From Octopus bimaculoides (lineage: Eukaryota): DNA of 64,000 nt. The stretch spans positions 96,241,093-96,305,092 of the forward strand of contig NC_068986.1 in assembly GCF_001194135.2 (NCBI RefSeq). The letters run 5' to 3'. The position numbers and the translations under genes were made by a program. How positions within the stretch are numbered: position 1 is the stretch's first letter; each line of letters begins with the position of its first letter. The notes beneath the pieces were generated by a model. It was given only the letters and a program-made list of their open reading frames with translations, had not been told where the DNA came from and ran no database searches. Shown one piece after another: positions 24,754 through 37,546 of the stretch.

Positions 24754-26038
24754 TCAGGTCATCCCGTAAGTAATGTCCACACTTCTATATTTTCAGTTTG
24801 TAAACGCTTTGGCAGTATTTTAGAATGTTTAAATGGCATCAAATAATATTTATATGTATTTGGATATATTTAAACTAATTAAATTTCATTTTGCAAGATA
24901 ATCTAATTGAAATTTCACTAATTATAGTTCTTCAAACAAGGACATGTCTAAGGAGCATTTGAGGCACATAAAGCTTTATGAATTTAAAAAAAGGAACTCT
25001 GCAGCTGAAGTGACTCAAAATATTCCCTCAACTTATGGAGAAGGGTGCCTGAATGAAAGAACTTGCAGAAGATGGTTTGTAAAATTCAGAAGTGGAAATT
25101 TCAGCCTTGAAGATGAGGCCTGAACAAGATGTCCAATTGAGTTTGATGATAGCTCCTTTTGGCAGAACTTGAAAAAGATCATGCAGTTTCAGTTGAAGAA
25201 TTGGCAAACAAGCTTTGTTCAAGCCATACAACCGTTCACCACCATCTTCAACAGCTTGGATAGGTCCCAAAATTCAGAAAATGGGTGCCTCATGATTTGT
25301 TTGAAGCCAACTGCAAATACCGAATGGGCATCTGCTTTTCTCTTCATTCTCATGAACTCATCTCACCCTTTTTGGACAGACTGGTGACCGATGATGAAAA
25401 ATGGGTCTTTTGTCAAAATGTTAAGTGTTGTAGACATTGGCTAGTTGAAAGGGAAAAGACCCAACCACAACTGAAAAGGGAACTCCAGGTGAAGAAGGTT
25501 CTTCTCTCTGTTTGGTGGGATTGCAAAGGAATCATCCACTTTGAATTGCTACCAACTAATGCAACAATCAATGCTCAAATCTACTGTCAGCATTTAGTGT
25601 GTTTGAAAGCTACTTTGAAGAAAAAAAGGTTTGTCTTAGTGAACTGGAAGTGGGTGGTGTTTCATCAGGACAATACAAGACTGCACACTGCTAAGATCAC
25701 ATCACAGATGATCAAGAAACTTGGCTGGGAGAAAATTACTCATTCACCTTATTCCCCAGACCTTGCTCCTTCAGATTACCATTTGTTCCACAGTGTACAG
25801 AATCATTTGGATGGATTAACTCTTGAAACAACCAAGGAAATCAAAACTGACCTTTCAGAGTTCTTCTCTTCGAAACTGAAAGAGTTTTTCACTAATGGGA
25901 TTAAAATGCTTATAAGTAGATGGAAAGATGTCATAGATAATCATGGAAACTATATTGATGATTAAGTTTCATTAAAACATAAAATTTTATCAATTGTTTT
26001 CCTTATTTAATATAGACATTACTTGTGGAATGACCTGA
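24754..26038 (+). mobile_element. Full-length (1285 bp) mariner transposon, DD34D, inactivated
   Basis: TIRs tcaggtcatcccgtaagtaatgtc and gacattacttgtggaatgacctga; TA at 26039-26040 (left copy reads CA). Transposase runs from ATG 24944 to TAA 25965 with WVPHDL, VTDDEKW, HQDN and YSPDLAPSDYHLF, and 34 residues between the 2nd and 3rd Asp. Confidence 0.95.
24944..25965 (+). pseudogene. mariner transposase pseudogene
   Basis: In-frame TGA 25121-25123, a 1-nt deletion near 25160 and TAG 25261-25263. The catalytic half (25264-25965) is still open. Confidence 0.92.
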
Positions 26039-26172
26039 TATATGTGTGTTACGCAAACATGAAAATAAAACTTACATTTCATTTTAACAGATATATTTAC
26101 CAAAATTCCATAAAAATATCTTGAAATACTAAAAAATATAAAATGGCAACAATTTACCCATTGCACCCTGTA

Positions 26173-26205
<33 letters not shown>

Positions 26206-27039
26206 CATCATCATTATCATCAACATTTAATGTCCATTTTCCATGTTGGCATGGGTTGGATGGCTTGAGAAGAACTGGCAAGGCCAGGAGCTGTACCAAG
26301 TTCTATAATCTGTTTTAGCCTGGTTTCTATGGCTGGATGCTCTTCCTAATGCCAACATTAGCATTATTTCAGTTTCCATCTACTGAATCTACTCACAAGA
26401 CTAGTTGACCCAGGGCTACAGTAAAAGACACTTGCCCAAGGTGCCATGCAATGGGACTGGACTGGAAACTACATGGTTAGGAAGCAAATTTCTAAACCAT
26501 ACAGCCATCCCTGAGATACTGTAGAAATTAATAAGAGGAAAATGGGTAAGAATGTACATAATAGGCTAGTTCAAAGGAGTATCTTGATGGCGAATGGTTA
26601 ATGTATGGGGCTATCACAAACCCCAATGATACCCAAGATTGTGCATACTGGATTGTACAGAGATCAATTCCCTGTTAAACCAAACTTTACTGTTCATTCA
26701 CATTGACACCATGATGATGGAGGTGTAATGATGGTCGTAGATATGTCATGCTTATGGTAATAGTATTGTGGTGGTCATAGTTTCAGTAGATAATGAATGC
26801 TGCCATCCCAAGACTACAGTCATAGGTCCACAGCAATGTATATTTCACAAGAGAAGTAACCTCATGATGCCTATCCTCTCTCCAGATAAAGGTTGGCCAT
26901 TGATTTCTCAGCAAAAACACTCTTCAAATCCTGCTGGATGCCCACACACCCATTCCACTTAATGAACTGAGTTAGGTGTCTGCTGGGATGCATGGTACCA
27001 CAACCATGTGGAATTTGATATGAGCAGTGGTGACTGTTG

Positions 27040-27470
27040 CGGTATTTATTGGTGCTAGTAGAAATAATAGTAGTAGTAGTTTTAGTGATGGTAATGGAAG
27101 CATTGGTGGTGATTTTGACTGTGGTAGCAGTGGTCATTATTATAGTAGTGGTAATGATTGTGTTGGTGATGGTATTAGTGGTGGTTTTGGTGACAGTAAC
27201 AGAACTGGTGCTAATAGTAGTAGAGAAACTAATGATGATGGTGGCAGTAGTAAAGGTACTAATGGCAACGGTGATGGTGGTAGTAGTAATAGTGGTGTCT
27301 GATTGTGATGGTGTTATTCTGGTGGTGGTGTGGTGGTTTTGGTGAAAGTAGTAGAGAAACTGGTGGTTGTGGTGGTAGTGGTATTGATGGTGATGGAGGC
27401 AGAGAAGGTGGTAGTAGTAATTTTGGTGAAGGTAGAGGTAGCTTCGTTGTTACTATAGTGATTTTTATGA
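27040..27470. repeat. Degenerate (GGT/AGT/GAT)n low-complexity tract
   Basis: Direct inspection; a similar tract lies at 35750-36085. Confidence 0.85.
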
Positions 27471-28629
27471 CAACTGCATGGCTTTGTTGTTGTATTGCTT
27501 AGCTCCAGGTGAGCCCAAATCAAGTAGACCTATGATCAAAAGCATTCCATCTGCAATTATTTTATCTTTATTTTTCCAGGCACAGTGTATAGAGGACTAC
27601 ACCATCCAATGTATCCCAACTCTTTGTAAGACTGGCCAGAATGTGGTTTGATGGCGATTTCGCTATAGTTTCCGGTAGGTCGACTAACCACGTAGAGGCC
27701 CCATCGTTGATTCATGACTTTATTGACTTTTATGGTGGTGGTGATGGTGGTGGCGGCGGCTGTAGTAATGAGGCTAGTGTTTTGATGAGAGGAATGGAAG
27801 ATCTGACGAGAACTATATCTTTATCATGTAAATTACTCTTTCAAATGTATGGCTAATCCATTCACATTGTTTCGAATCAATCATGCATTATTTTGCACTT
27901 TTGAGATTTCGATGATGTGACCGTTTTGTTTTTAGAATGATATTGTAGAGTAGGTATGAGAGGTCAGAGCTGGTCAGTTTGCACATAAAACAGGTAGAAT
28001 ATTTGGGCCAGGTATGAACGGTTTATATACTAAAGGGTTAATAACAAATCAGACCTCAACCAATAGGCCCATGATCCAAGTCGTTTCTATCGTGACTATC
28101 CTGACATTATTGTTTCTAGTAAATTGAATCATTATGTAGAGTCTGTCGGTGGCTTGAATTGTTAAGCTGCTACAGTTGTTGTTTAGTCCCAGGTCAGCTC
28201 TGTTCTAAAAAAAAAAGCTTGATCAAAAGATATTCCAGCAGTGACCATTCCATCATTCGTGTTTTTCACATGTAACGTATCTAGAATCACATTATCCAAT
28301 GCGTCCCCTTTTATGACACGAAGGGTGTAATTGGAAAAGAGAGATTTGGCTTCTACTTCTAGCAGGTGGAGCGACCAAGCAGAAGTTTCGTCGTTGACTC
28401 GTACTAGTAGAGTTCGCTGCGGTTAATGTTTAACGTCATTCATACATTCTCCATAATTAAATTGACTGTATTTTCGCGACAATCTAAAAACTCGTTAATT
28501 TTCTCGAATAATTTTCAGAAACACACACACGTGTGCATATATGTGTATGCGTGCACAAACAAATGCTGCACCTAATATTCTTAATGTTTTTTTTACCAGA
28601 TACTTACTAAGAAGCTTATCAATGTTCAA

Positions 28630-29730
28630 CTTTGACCTGACCCATTGTGGGCGGAGCTAGGTCACTGATGACGCACACTCAGTTGACCTTCTCTTCCGTC
28701 TGTCTCGCTACTCAACCTTCTCTCTCTCTGTGTCTCTCCCCTCTAGTTTCTTCATATATCTTTTCACACTTCATTCCCTCTCTATCTTATCTGTTCACCT
28801 GTTTTTATTTATATATCCACCGTTGCATTGATAGATTATATATTCATCGAATCTTTCTCCCAATCACATACAGACACTCTCTTCTATCAATTGGGCCATT
28901 AATTAATCTATCGGTCTGTCTTCCTGAACCTATGCCATATAACCACACCACCACCATATGATTGCTTATTAGTCTTTCTTTCTTAGCCTCTGTCTGTCTC
29001 TTTCTCTTACAAAAACACATATATATATTGCCATCCTGTGTTGAGTAGGTTAACTGTAATGAGATCTCGTATTGATCAATGAAAGCGAACTTTACATTAA
29101 GTGCAATATTCTGCTCTTTCCCCATTTTCTGTATATTACTTTTTGTGGCTTTTGTTTTTCTTTCTTTCTTACTTCCTCAGCTTTTCATTCTCTCTCTCTT
29201 TCTATCACTTTATCCTTTAATTTCTCTTTCTTCGAAAATTTTGTCTCTTGCTTTTCTTTCTCTCTTCATCTTATTTCTCTTTCGTCAAGTTTGATCTGGC
29301 TTGTTATTAATAGGCAAGAGGCGGTGGTACGTTCCCACCCGTGTATAACTAAAATTGCGATGGAATGTTAAGTTACCGGAAGCCCGAGTATTGTGCTCGG
29401 CGCAAGTTCAATTCTCAACCGAACCACTTCTCTTCTTTTATTTTGTTTACCTGCGATTTCCGGTCATGAACGATAAAACTCTCCTCATTGAGTGCGGGGG
29501 TTTCCGCCAGGTTCACTTGACTTTGATACACTACGTGAAAACTAGTCCATTAAGGGTCAGTTAACATCAGTCCCTTAAAGATTCCAGGACAGTGTCGTCT
29601 CTCTCTATCTCCCTCGCCCTCTCTCCCCCTCCTCTCTCTCCCCTCCTCTCTCTCAGTATACATATTAAAAAAACACAACAGTTCTCGTGTGTGCGCGCAC
29701 ATCCAAATATATTTCGTATGAGTCAACGAG
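28630..29730. promoter_or_regulatory. CpG-enriched promoter-like island, possibly bidirectional
   Basis: GC box gggcgg ~28649, tgacgca ~28669, AGGTCA-type half sites 28633-28664, ETS ccggaag 29376-29382 and atttccgg ~29456, tgcgcgca ~29692, tgagtca ~29719. Donor-like sites point both ways (minus cag|gtaaac ~29449; plus gtg|gtacgt ~29327). Confidence 0.5.
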
Positions 29731-30138
29731 GAAGCCTCTGAGTTCTGAGGAACCAGCCTTTTCAACGCAGGACCATATTCTGAATGGTGTACGAATTTCT
29801 CTGACAGACGTACACGTAGTACGGCCCCAATGGCTAAATTCTCCCCAAAAGTTTCAAATCTCAAGTTAATTCCATTCGAAGCCATTCCGTCTCTTCGACA
29901 TCGAACTTTTATTGAAATAGCAACCACAAAAAGCTTCTGTAATCTTTCGACCATCTAGAAATAACAGCNNNNNNNNNNNNNNNNNNNNNNNNNNNNNNNN
30001 NNNNNNNNNNNNNNNNNNNNNNNNNNNNNNNNNNNNNNNNNNNNNNNNNNNNNNNNNNNNNNNNNNNNNNNNNNNNNNNNNNNNNNNNNNNNNNNNNNNN
30101 NNNNNNNNNNNNNNNNNNNNNNNNNNNNNNNNNNNNNN

Positions 30139-30303
30139 TGAAGAAAGAAAAGATATCAATTCAACACAAAGTGCCTCAGTTGGTCGCACACCACAAGGTT
30201 CAACGGAACCTACTGAACATATTCGTGGCATTAACACGGGCGATGGCGAAGCTGGTGAGGTTGGAACAGACAAGCACCCTCACGGGTATCACCTCACATT
30301 TCG
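30139..30303 (+). CDS. Putative 5' coding exon of an unidentified gene (gene Y); its start lies in the N-gap
   Basis: Open frame EERKDINSTQSASVGRTPQGSTEPTEHIRGINTGDGEAGEVGTDKHPHGYHLTF+CG with G-rich first and AT-rich third codon positions; donor cg|gtaagg. A second frame is also open. Confidence 0.45.
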
Positions 30304-32535
30304 GTAAGGCGAGCCGTAAACGATGACTGCTGTTTGTGACCCAGCTCCTCCAAACGTCTCAAACCCCACAGGCTTGAAGAAGTGAGTCACTAACAAGTCC
30401 CAATACTTAGGGATGTTTTTCCATTTACTACAGCATCTTTATGTTGCAATTGGTATTGCGATCCTAAAAATTTTAATTTTTGAAATGTTATCCCCCATTT
30501 CCGTACCTTTTTCTCTTCCTCATGAAGTTGGGATAACTATTCCAAACCTTCGCCCATTGTATAATGTAGTCCTGGATACTTTTTACCTTATACTATGATC
30601 TCTGCTGGGATACCTTTTATCATTAGCCTGTTCTGTATGACTGACTTGGGGTTGAACGATACTTATTCTATATTTGAATTAAATATTAATGAATTTCGTA
30701 TTGGTTTCAATGAAGGATATGGAAAGACTTTTGCTGCAGTAACTGAGTAATTTTTATAGACGGTCTGTATGAAAACACTAAATGAGGCTATGAATGATAT
30801 TGAACTGTAGGTCACATGTTTCTGCATCATTACACCTCGTCAGCTATGGATACCAAATTCATCACTCATAGCCCTCTAAAAACTGCCATTCTTATATGTA
30901 AGCAGCAAAAAATAAATATGCATATGTGTGCAAAGCTTTTGTTGAGCTGGAATTAATTATGAATGAGAGATTTAGTATCTGTAGCTGATGAAGTATAACA
31001 ATATAGAAATGTACCCTACTGCCTGATAACATCATTCATAGGCCAACTTAGTACATTTTCTCATTTTCTGAACAGTTACTGCAGTGATGATCTTTGTGTT
31101 TGACTGTACATGAAAGTGTTAGCTATATATATATATATATATATACACAACTAGGTCAGTGAGCTATTTTCTGCAGAACATTAGGCTGGAACCCAAACAA
31201 CTGAAAAAAGCTACCAAGGAGAAAGGTATGGCAGCAGAAACCAGCTAAAGGTGGCTCTGGTTAACAAGATCAGAGATAGAAACCTTCCACAGGTACAGAC
31301 TAACTCAGTCCATGCTGTCCCACTCAGGTTAAGCATATAGCCTAAGAGGTGAAATGCTTGTGACCCTGAGATACATTCTGACAATGCAGAAGGGTTTCTG
31401 ACATTGCATCTGATTCAGAAGAGCTTGCAATACCTCTAAGTAACCCTTGCAGTTTTCTATGTGGAGAAAAGCATCTTTAATGCTTATTTCACCTCTGTGT
31501 GTATACATATGTATATATGTATTATCCAAGAACGTGTTTGAAACGATAATCGAAAGCGCTTACACACACTAGAAAGACACTCCTTCCACAAAGATTACCG
31601 ATAAAGAATTTATAATTTCTTCCACAAAGTTCTGATAAAGAATTTATAACTTTTTTTTTTTAAATTCTTTTTTATACTTAGTAAAACTGTATCAAGTAAT
31701 TTTCACAAAGACTTTTATATGTATCATCATCATTATTTAACGTCCATTGTCCATGCTGGCATAGGTTGGACAGTTTGACCAGGGCTGGTAAGCTGAGGGG
31801 CTGCGCCAGATTCCAGTCTGATTTGGCATGGTTTCTACAGCTGGATGCCCTTCCTAATACCAACCACTCTGAGAGTGTAATAGATGCTTTTACATGCCAC
31901 CAGCATGGGTGCCAATTGCATGACACCAGTATGTGCCATGACAATGTTTTCACTCTGCTTGATGAATCTTCCTCTTCAAGCACAGCATATTGCCAAAGGT
32001 CTTGATCGTTTGTCATTGCCTCTGTGAGGCCCAGTGCTTGAAAGGTGCTTTTTACATGCCACTAGCATGGGTGCTGGTCCGTGACACCTGCATCGGCCAC
32101 AGATATATATATATATATATTGTGTGTGTGTATAGTCAAATCAAATAAATGAACATTAAAATTAACAAAAACAAGCTCTTCATTGGAAAAGAAAATGGAA
32201 AAGTCAAAGAAGGAAAAAAATCACCAACATATATATATGTTGTATAATTTGACTGCACATAATCAACGTATGTTTTTTTTTTGATCGCCAGTTTGCTCTG
32301 GTATAGTGCTTGGGGGCCAACTCCCTTATAACGCTGGGTGTTAAAACATCTGAAAGTCGTAGACAAGCAAGACGACATGCCTTCAACTGAATTCAGGTGG
32401 ATGGATACCAATATTTTGCCATTTATGTGGCTTATGAACATCATATCATGTACCTGAATCGAACAGAGACAAATTGAATCAACAGATTGTGACTATATAT
32501 AAATAGTGTATGAACTATTTGTTTGTATGCTACAG

Positions 32536-32554
32536 CAATGCACACATAAGAGAG
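32536..32554 (+). CDS. Putative 19-nt microexon, gene Y
   Basis: tttgtttgtatgctacag| ... gag|gtgagt are near-consensus sites; (R)NAHIRE, phase 2 to 0, is compatible with the 30303 donor. Confidence 0.4.
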
Positions 32555-33377
32555 GTGAGTTGTCTCACTTTTCTATAACTTTCAAGTGTTTTAACAGTCA
32601 GTGTTATGAGGGAATCATCCCTTAAGTGCTTTATTGCAGCGAACTGGTAAACAAACAGAACACCATACATTGAGTATGTGTGGTTGATAATGTTTACTAG
32701 TGCTGCTGCTTTTAATTTGTTATCGAATTTAATCTTCCATGTGCATCGCCATGGCATACCAGCAAATAGCTCTGACATTAATTATATATAGTCATAGACT
32801 GACAATTTGATTCAGTTACGTGATGTTGATAAGCCACAAAAATGGTGATATATCAGTATCCATTATTCCTGAATGGGATTGGAGATGAGTTTTCCCACCT
32901 GTCTATGATTGTCAGGTGTTTTAACAACCACTATTTTGAGGGAGTCGTTCCCCGAAATACTATACCACAGCAAACCGGCAAACAAATAAAATACATACGT
33001 TGAATATGTATGGTTGGTAATATATGTATATATTTGTGTGTGTGTGTGAAGGCACATGGATAACACATATATATATGTGAACACACATATATATATGTGT
33101 GTGTTATCAATGTGTTATATATGTGTTATCATTGGATAACACATATATATGTGTGAAGGCGCATGGCTCAGTGGTTAGAGCATCGAGCTTACGATCGTGA
33201 GGTTGTGAGTTCGAATCCTGGACTGGGCTGCATGTTGTGTTCTTGAGCAAGACACTTTATTTCACGTTGCTCCAGTTCACTCAGCTGTAGAAATGAGTTG
33301 CGACTTCACAGGTGCCAAGCTGTATCGGCCTTTGAGTTTTCTTCTCAAGCACGACATAATGCCAAAGGTCTTGGTCA

Positions 33378-33535
33378 TTGCCTCCGTGAGACCCAACACT
33401 TGAATGGAAGTCAGCTGCTTTGCCTCTGTGAGGCCCAACACTCGAAAGGAACTCAGCCATTTTGCTTCCATGAGGCCCAATGCTTGAGAGGAACTCAGCT
33501 ACTTTGCCTCCGTGAGGTCCAACACTCCTGTGAGG

Positions 33536-33540
<5 letters not shown>
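33378..33540. repeat. 42-bp tandem array, about 4 units
   Basis: Units start at 33378, 33420, 33462 and 33504 (ttgcctc.gtgag.cccaacact.gaa.ggaa.tcagc). Confidence 0.85.
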
Positions 33541-33575
<35 letters not shown>

Positions 33576-34184
33576 TCCATCATCATTTTACATAGCTTTT
33601 CATATTGGCATGAGTTCATCAAGATCTAACAGATCAAAGGAACCTAATCTGTTGTATTCATATTGCTCATTAGTGACACTAAATTAAGAATTAATTTTTA
33701 AATAATTTGTCATTAATCTACAATTGGGAGATTAAATGTCTAAATATCTGAGATAAATCAATGTTAATATGATTGTAATTTTGCAAACTGTTAACTTCAT
33801 CACTGAATGTATCTACAATATTTATGAGAGAATGCATGGCCAAGTGGTTAGGCAACATGGTTCTTGACTATAAGGCAACAAGTTCAGTTCCTAGTCTTGG
33901 GTCACTTTCCTTTGCATTGCTCCAGTCCTCTCAGCTGGCAAAAATAAATATTAAGATTGCTTGAGTACTTGGTCAGTATACTGTTAGCCTACCAAAGTTA
34001 ACCCTTTTGATACCAACTTACCTGAGACAGCTCCTAATTTAATGATATTAACTTCCTGTTTGAAAGTGATTTAAATGAAAATTTCATATTAATTTATGTT
34101 CCAAACAATAAGAACGTCACCTTAATAAAGACAAAGTTGTTTTAGTAAATTCTTTATTATTTCCAAAATTAATTAAAATAAGTG

Positions 34185-34757
34185 CAGGCATGATTGCATG
34201 GTAAGAAGTTTGCTTCCCAACCATGTTGTTTCAGATTCAGTACTGTTGCATGGCACTTTGGACAAGTGTCTTCTAATATAGCTCTAGGCTAACCAAAACC
34301 TTGTGAGTGAATTTAGTAGATGGAAACTGAAAGAAGCCTTCCATATGTGTGTGTTACTGTCTCTTTGCCTTAACATCATGAGTGGTTGTGTGGTAAGTAG
34401 CTTGCTTATCAACCACATGGTTCTGAGTTCAGTCCCACTGTGTGGCACCTTGGGCAAGTGTCTTCTATTATAGCCTCGGGCCAACCAAAGCCTTGTGAGT
34501 GGATTTGGTAGATGGAAACTGAAAGAAGCCCATCATATATATGTATATATATATATGTGTGTCTGTGTTTGTCCCCTTAACATCACTTGACAACCGATGC
34601 TAGTGTGTTTACGTCCCCGTAACTCAGCAGTTCGGCAAAAGAGACCGCTAGAATAAGTACTAGGCTTACAAAAAATAAGACCTGGGGTCGATTTGCTCGA
34701 CTAAAGGTGGTGCTCCAGCATGGCCGCAGTCAAATGACTGAAACAAGTAAAAGAGTA
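34185..34757 (+). mobile_element. Two tandem family-B SINEs (older head-only copy followed by a near full-length copy from ~34380)
   Basis: Repeated head plus CORE-like blocks; the second copy continues to the aaacaagtaaaagag tail. Confidence 0.8.
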
Positions 34758-36304
34758 AGTGTCAGTATCATGCAAGTGATATCCTTCATTTCCAATCTTT
34801 CATGAAAACATGTCTGGTCATGAGGAAATATTTACCTAACACTGAAGTGTAGGAGTGGATTGGCAACAAGAAGGGCATCCAGCTGTAGAAAATCCAGCTC
34901 AACAAAATTCCACCCAATCCATGCAAGCATGGAAATGTGGAGGTGAAACTGATGAAGACGATGATAATGACAACAACAATGATGGTGATGATGATGATGA
35001 ATTGAAAATATGGCAACAGAATGGTTAACAATTCAGTATTGTAACCGAAATCCTTCTGACATGAATATAGATACAATCAACAGTGAACTGATATATCCTA
35101 TCTTTACCCCATTTGATGTTAGGAAGGGCATCCAACCATAAAAACCATGTCAAAACAGACCCCACTGGGGCTGGTGCCACATAAAAAGCACCCAGTCCAC
35201 TCTCTAAAGTGGTTGGCATCAGGAAGAGCATCCATCTGTAAAAAACTATGCCAAAAAAAAGATGATGGAGCTTGGTGCAGTCCTCTTGGTTGCCAACTCC
35301 TGTCAAACTGCCCAACCTGTGACAGCATGGAAGATGGACGTTAAATGATGATGATGATGACGACAACGTTTATATTAACACTATATTTCAGTTAATCATC
35401 ATCAGGTGTCTTATTTTTGTATAGTGTACATTGTACGAGACCAGCTTCAAACAAGGAACCTTTATTTCTAAACTAAGAGTAACAATGACCTGATCTGCTT
35501 GGCAATCGATGCACAATAGATAACATAAAGGAAGGATGGATGAATGAATGCATCAATGGCTTTGTAGGGAAGACAAGAATATTCTTATACTTAGTTTAGA
35601 AAAAAATAAATGTGCCTAGTTCAAATCCAGGCTGTACACATCTGATGCCAATCTAATATTGAATCTAAATATAACATCCATGTTGATACTCTAATTTGCA
35701 ATTTTTTAGTTTTTGCATTTCTAAATCCCAGCAGGGAAATATTGACATAAAACGATGATGATCATCATCATTATCATCTGATGGTGGTGGTGCTACTGCT
35801 GCTGCTGGTGGTAATGAATATGATGAGGATGAAAGCAGTAATAACAGTGACAATGATGATAACAACAGCAGAGGTGGTGGTACTGCTGGTACTGGTACTG
35901 GTGATGGTGATGGTGGTGGTACCAACAATGTTGGCAATGATAATAACAATGGTGATGATGATGACAACAGCAGAGGTGGTGGGGAAGTGACAATGATGAA
36001 CACGATCATGACCATGGTGGTGGTGGTGGTGGCCATGATGATGATGGCAATGTTGACAATGACAACAATGACAATGAAGATGATGTCAAATCAAGTGTTT
36101 TATTCATTTACTGACAAAAATTTCCCCCCAGCTAAACTAAAGAGTAAACAAACAAACAACACAAGAAAAATTATGAAACAACTATACAATAGGAAAATGA
36201 GGAGAAAAGTTTTGAGGGAGAAGGAGAAAGGGTTAAAAATATTGTTTGTTCGCTTGATTTTGAGAATTATAACATCTTCAGTCTATGTTTACACAATGAT
36301 GTGT

Positions 36305-36960
36305 GGGTGAATGGACGGATGGATGGATGGACGGATGGATGGATGGAAAGGAGTATGGATGAATAGGTGTGTGGATGAACAGATGGATGGATCAATTGAT
36401 CGATTGAAGGATCACTGGATCAATGTCAGGATGGATGAGTGGGCGGGTGGACTGATACATAAATAGGTGGGTGGATGAAAATGGCTGGCTGGCTGGATGG
36501 ATGGATATACAGGTGGGTGGATGAAAATGGCTGGATGGCTGGACAGATGGTTGAATGGATGGATGGTGGAATGTATGGATGACATCATGGATGGATGAAT
36601 GGGTGAATGGATGGTTGAATTGATAAGTGAATGGTTACATGGATGGATGGATACGTGGGTGGATGGAAAATAGATAGATGTGTAGAAAGATGGATGGATA
36701 TATGGGTGAGTGGGAAAGTGGATGGATGACTTGATGGATAGATAGGAGAATGAATAGATGGATGGATGGATAGATAGATGAACAGGTGGATGCAAGGCTG
36801 TATAGATGAGTAAATAAATAATTGGACAGATATGTGGACAGGTGAATGCATGGATGGATAAGATAGATGGACTAATGGATAGATGGAAGAGGAAAGGGAT
36901 ACATACATTAACATATTAGATGGCTAAAAGATGGATGATTAGATGGATAGATAGATACAT
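36305..36960. repeat. Degenerate (GGAT)n/(GATA)n tetranucleotide tract
   Basis: Direct inspection; explains the HPSI-repeat ORFs. Confidence 0.9.
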
Positions 36961-37454
36961 ACATACATACATACATACGTAAATAGACAGAATAGTTGAT
37001 GGATACTGATTGTAAAGAGAAATGAATACTTCTAAATGCTTCATTCAAGACATCAGTTGTGAAATTGCGCATGTTGCAGGTAACAGCATGTGTGTATGTA
37101 TATCTGTGTGTGTGTGTGTGTATTGCTTCTGACCAGCTGGGGAGTTTCAAGTGAACAACTGTAGAACCACAGTAGGGAGAGAGAGAGAGACAACAAATGT
37201 TTATGTCTTCATCATTCTCTCTACAGTCTCTTGTCTGAGCCATACATTCATCATCACCATGAACTTCCAGAAAATCGGTCAAGTGCAACTGAACAATGGT
37301 TTAACTGTATATGTATATGTACATAAATATATGCAAGCATACACACACACATGTATATACACACATATATATTCATGTATGATTGTCTATGTATGTGTTT
37401 GTCTATGTAGCTCACTTTATCACAATTTCTTATTCGCTCTCTCTCTCTCTCTTA

Positions 37455-37546
<92 letters not shown>

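Noticed and set aside
31182-31230. In-frame TGA (RTLGWNPNN*KKLPRRK) as possible selenocysteine
   Set aside because: No similarity to a known selenoprotein motif and no SECIS identified; other frames explain the exon equally well.
33164-33240. tRNA-gene-like sequence (also SINE heads at 10388, 46760, 5930)
   Set aside because: A/B boxes are present but there is no full cloverleaf, and each continues into a multi-copy SINE body.
33378-33540. CRISPR-like regular spacing
   Set aside because: Head-to-tail tandem units without unique spacers, in a eukaryotic context with no cas genes.
35665-36914. Several overlapping low-complexity ORFs (poly-M/V, HPSI repeats)
   Set aside because: Products of tri- and tetranucleotide repeat tracts.
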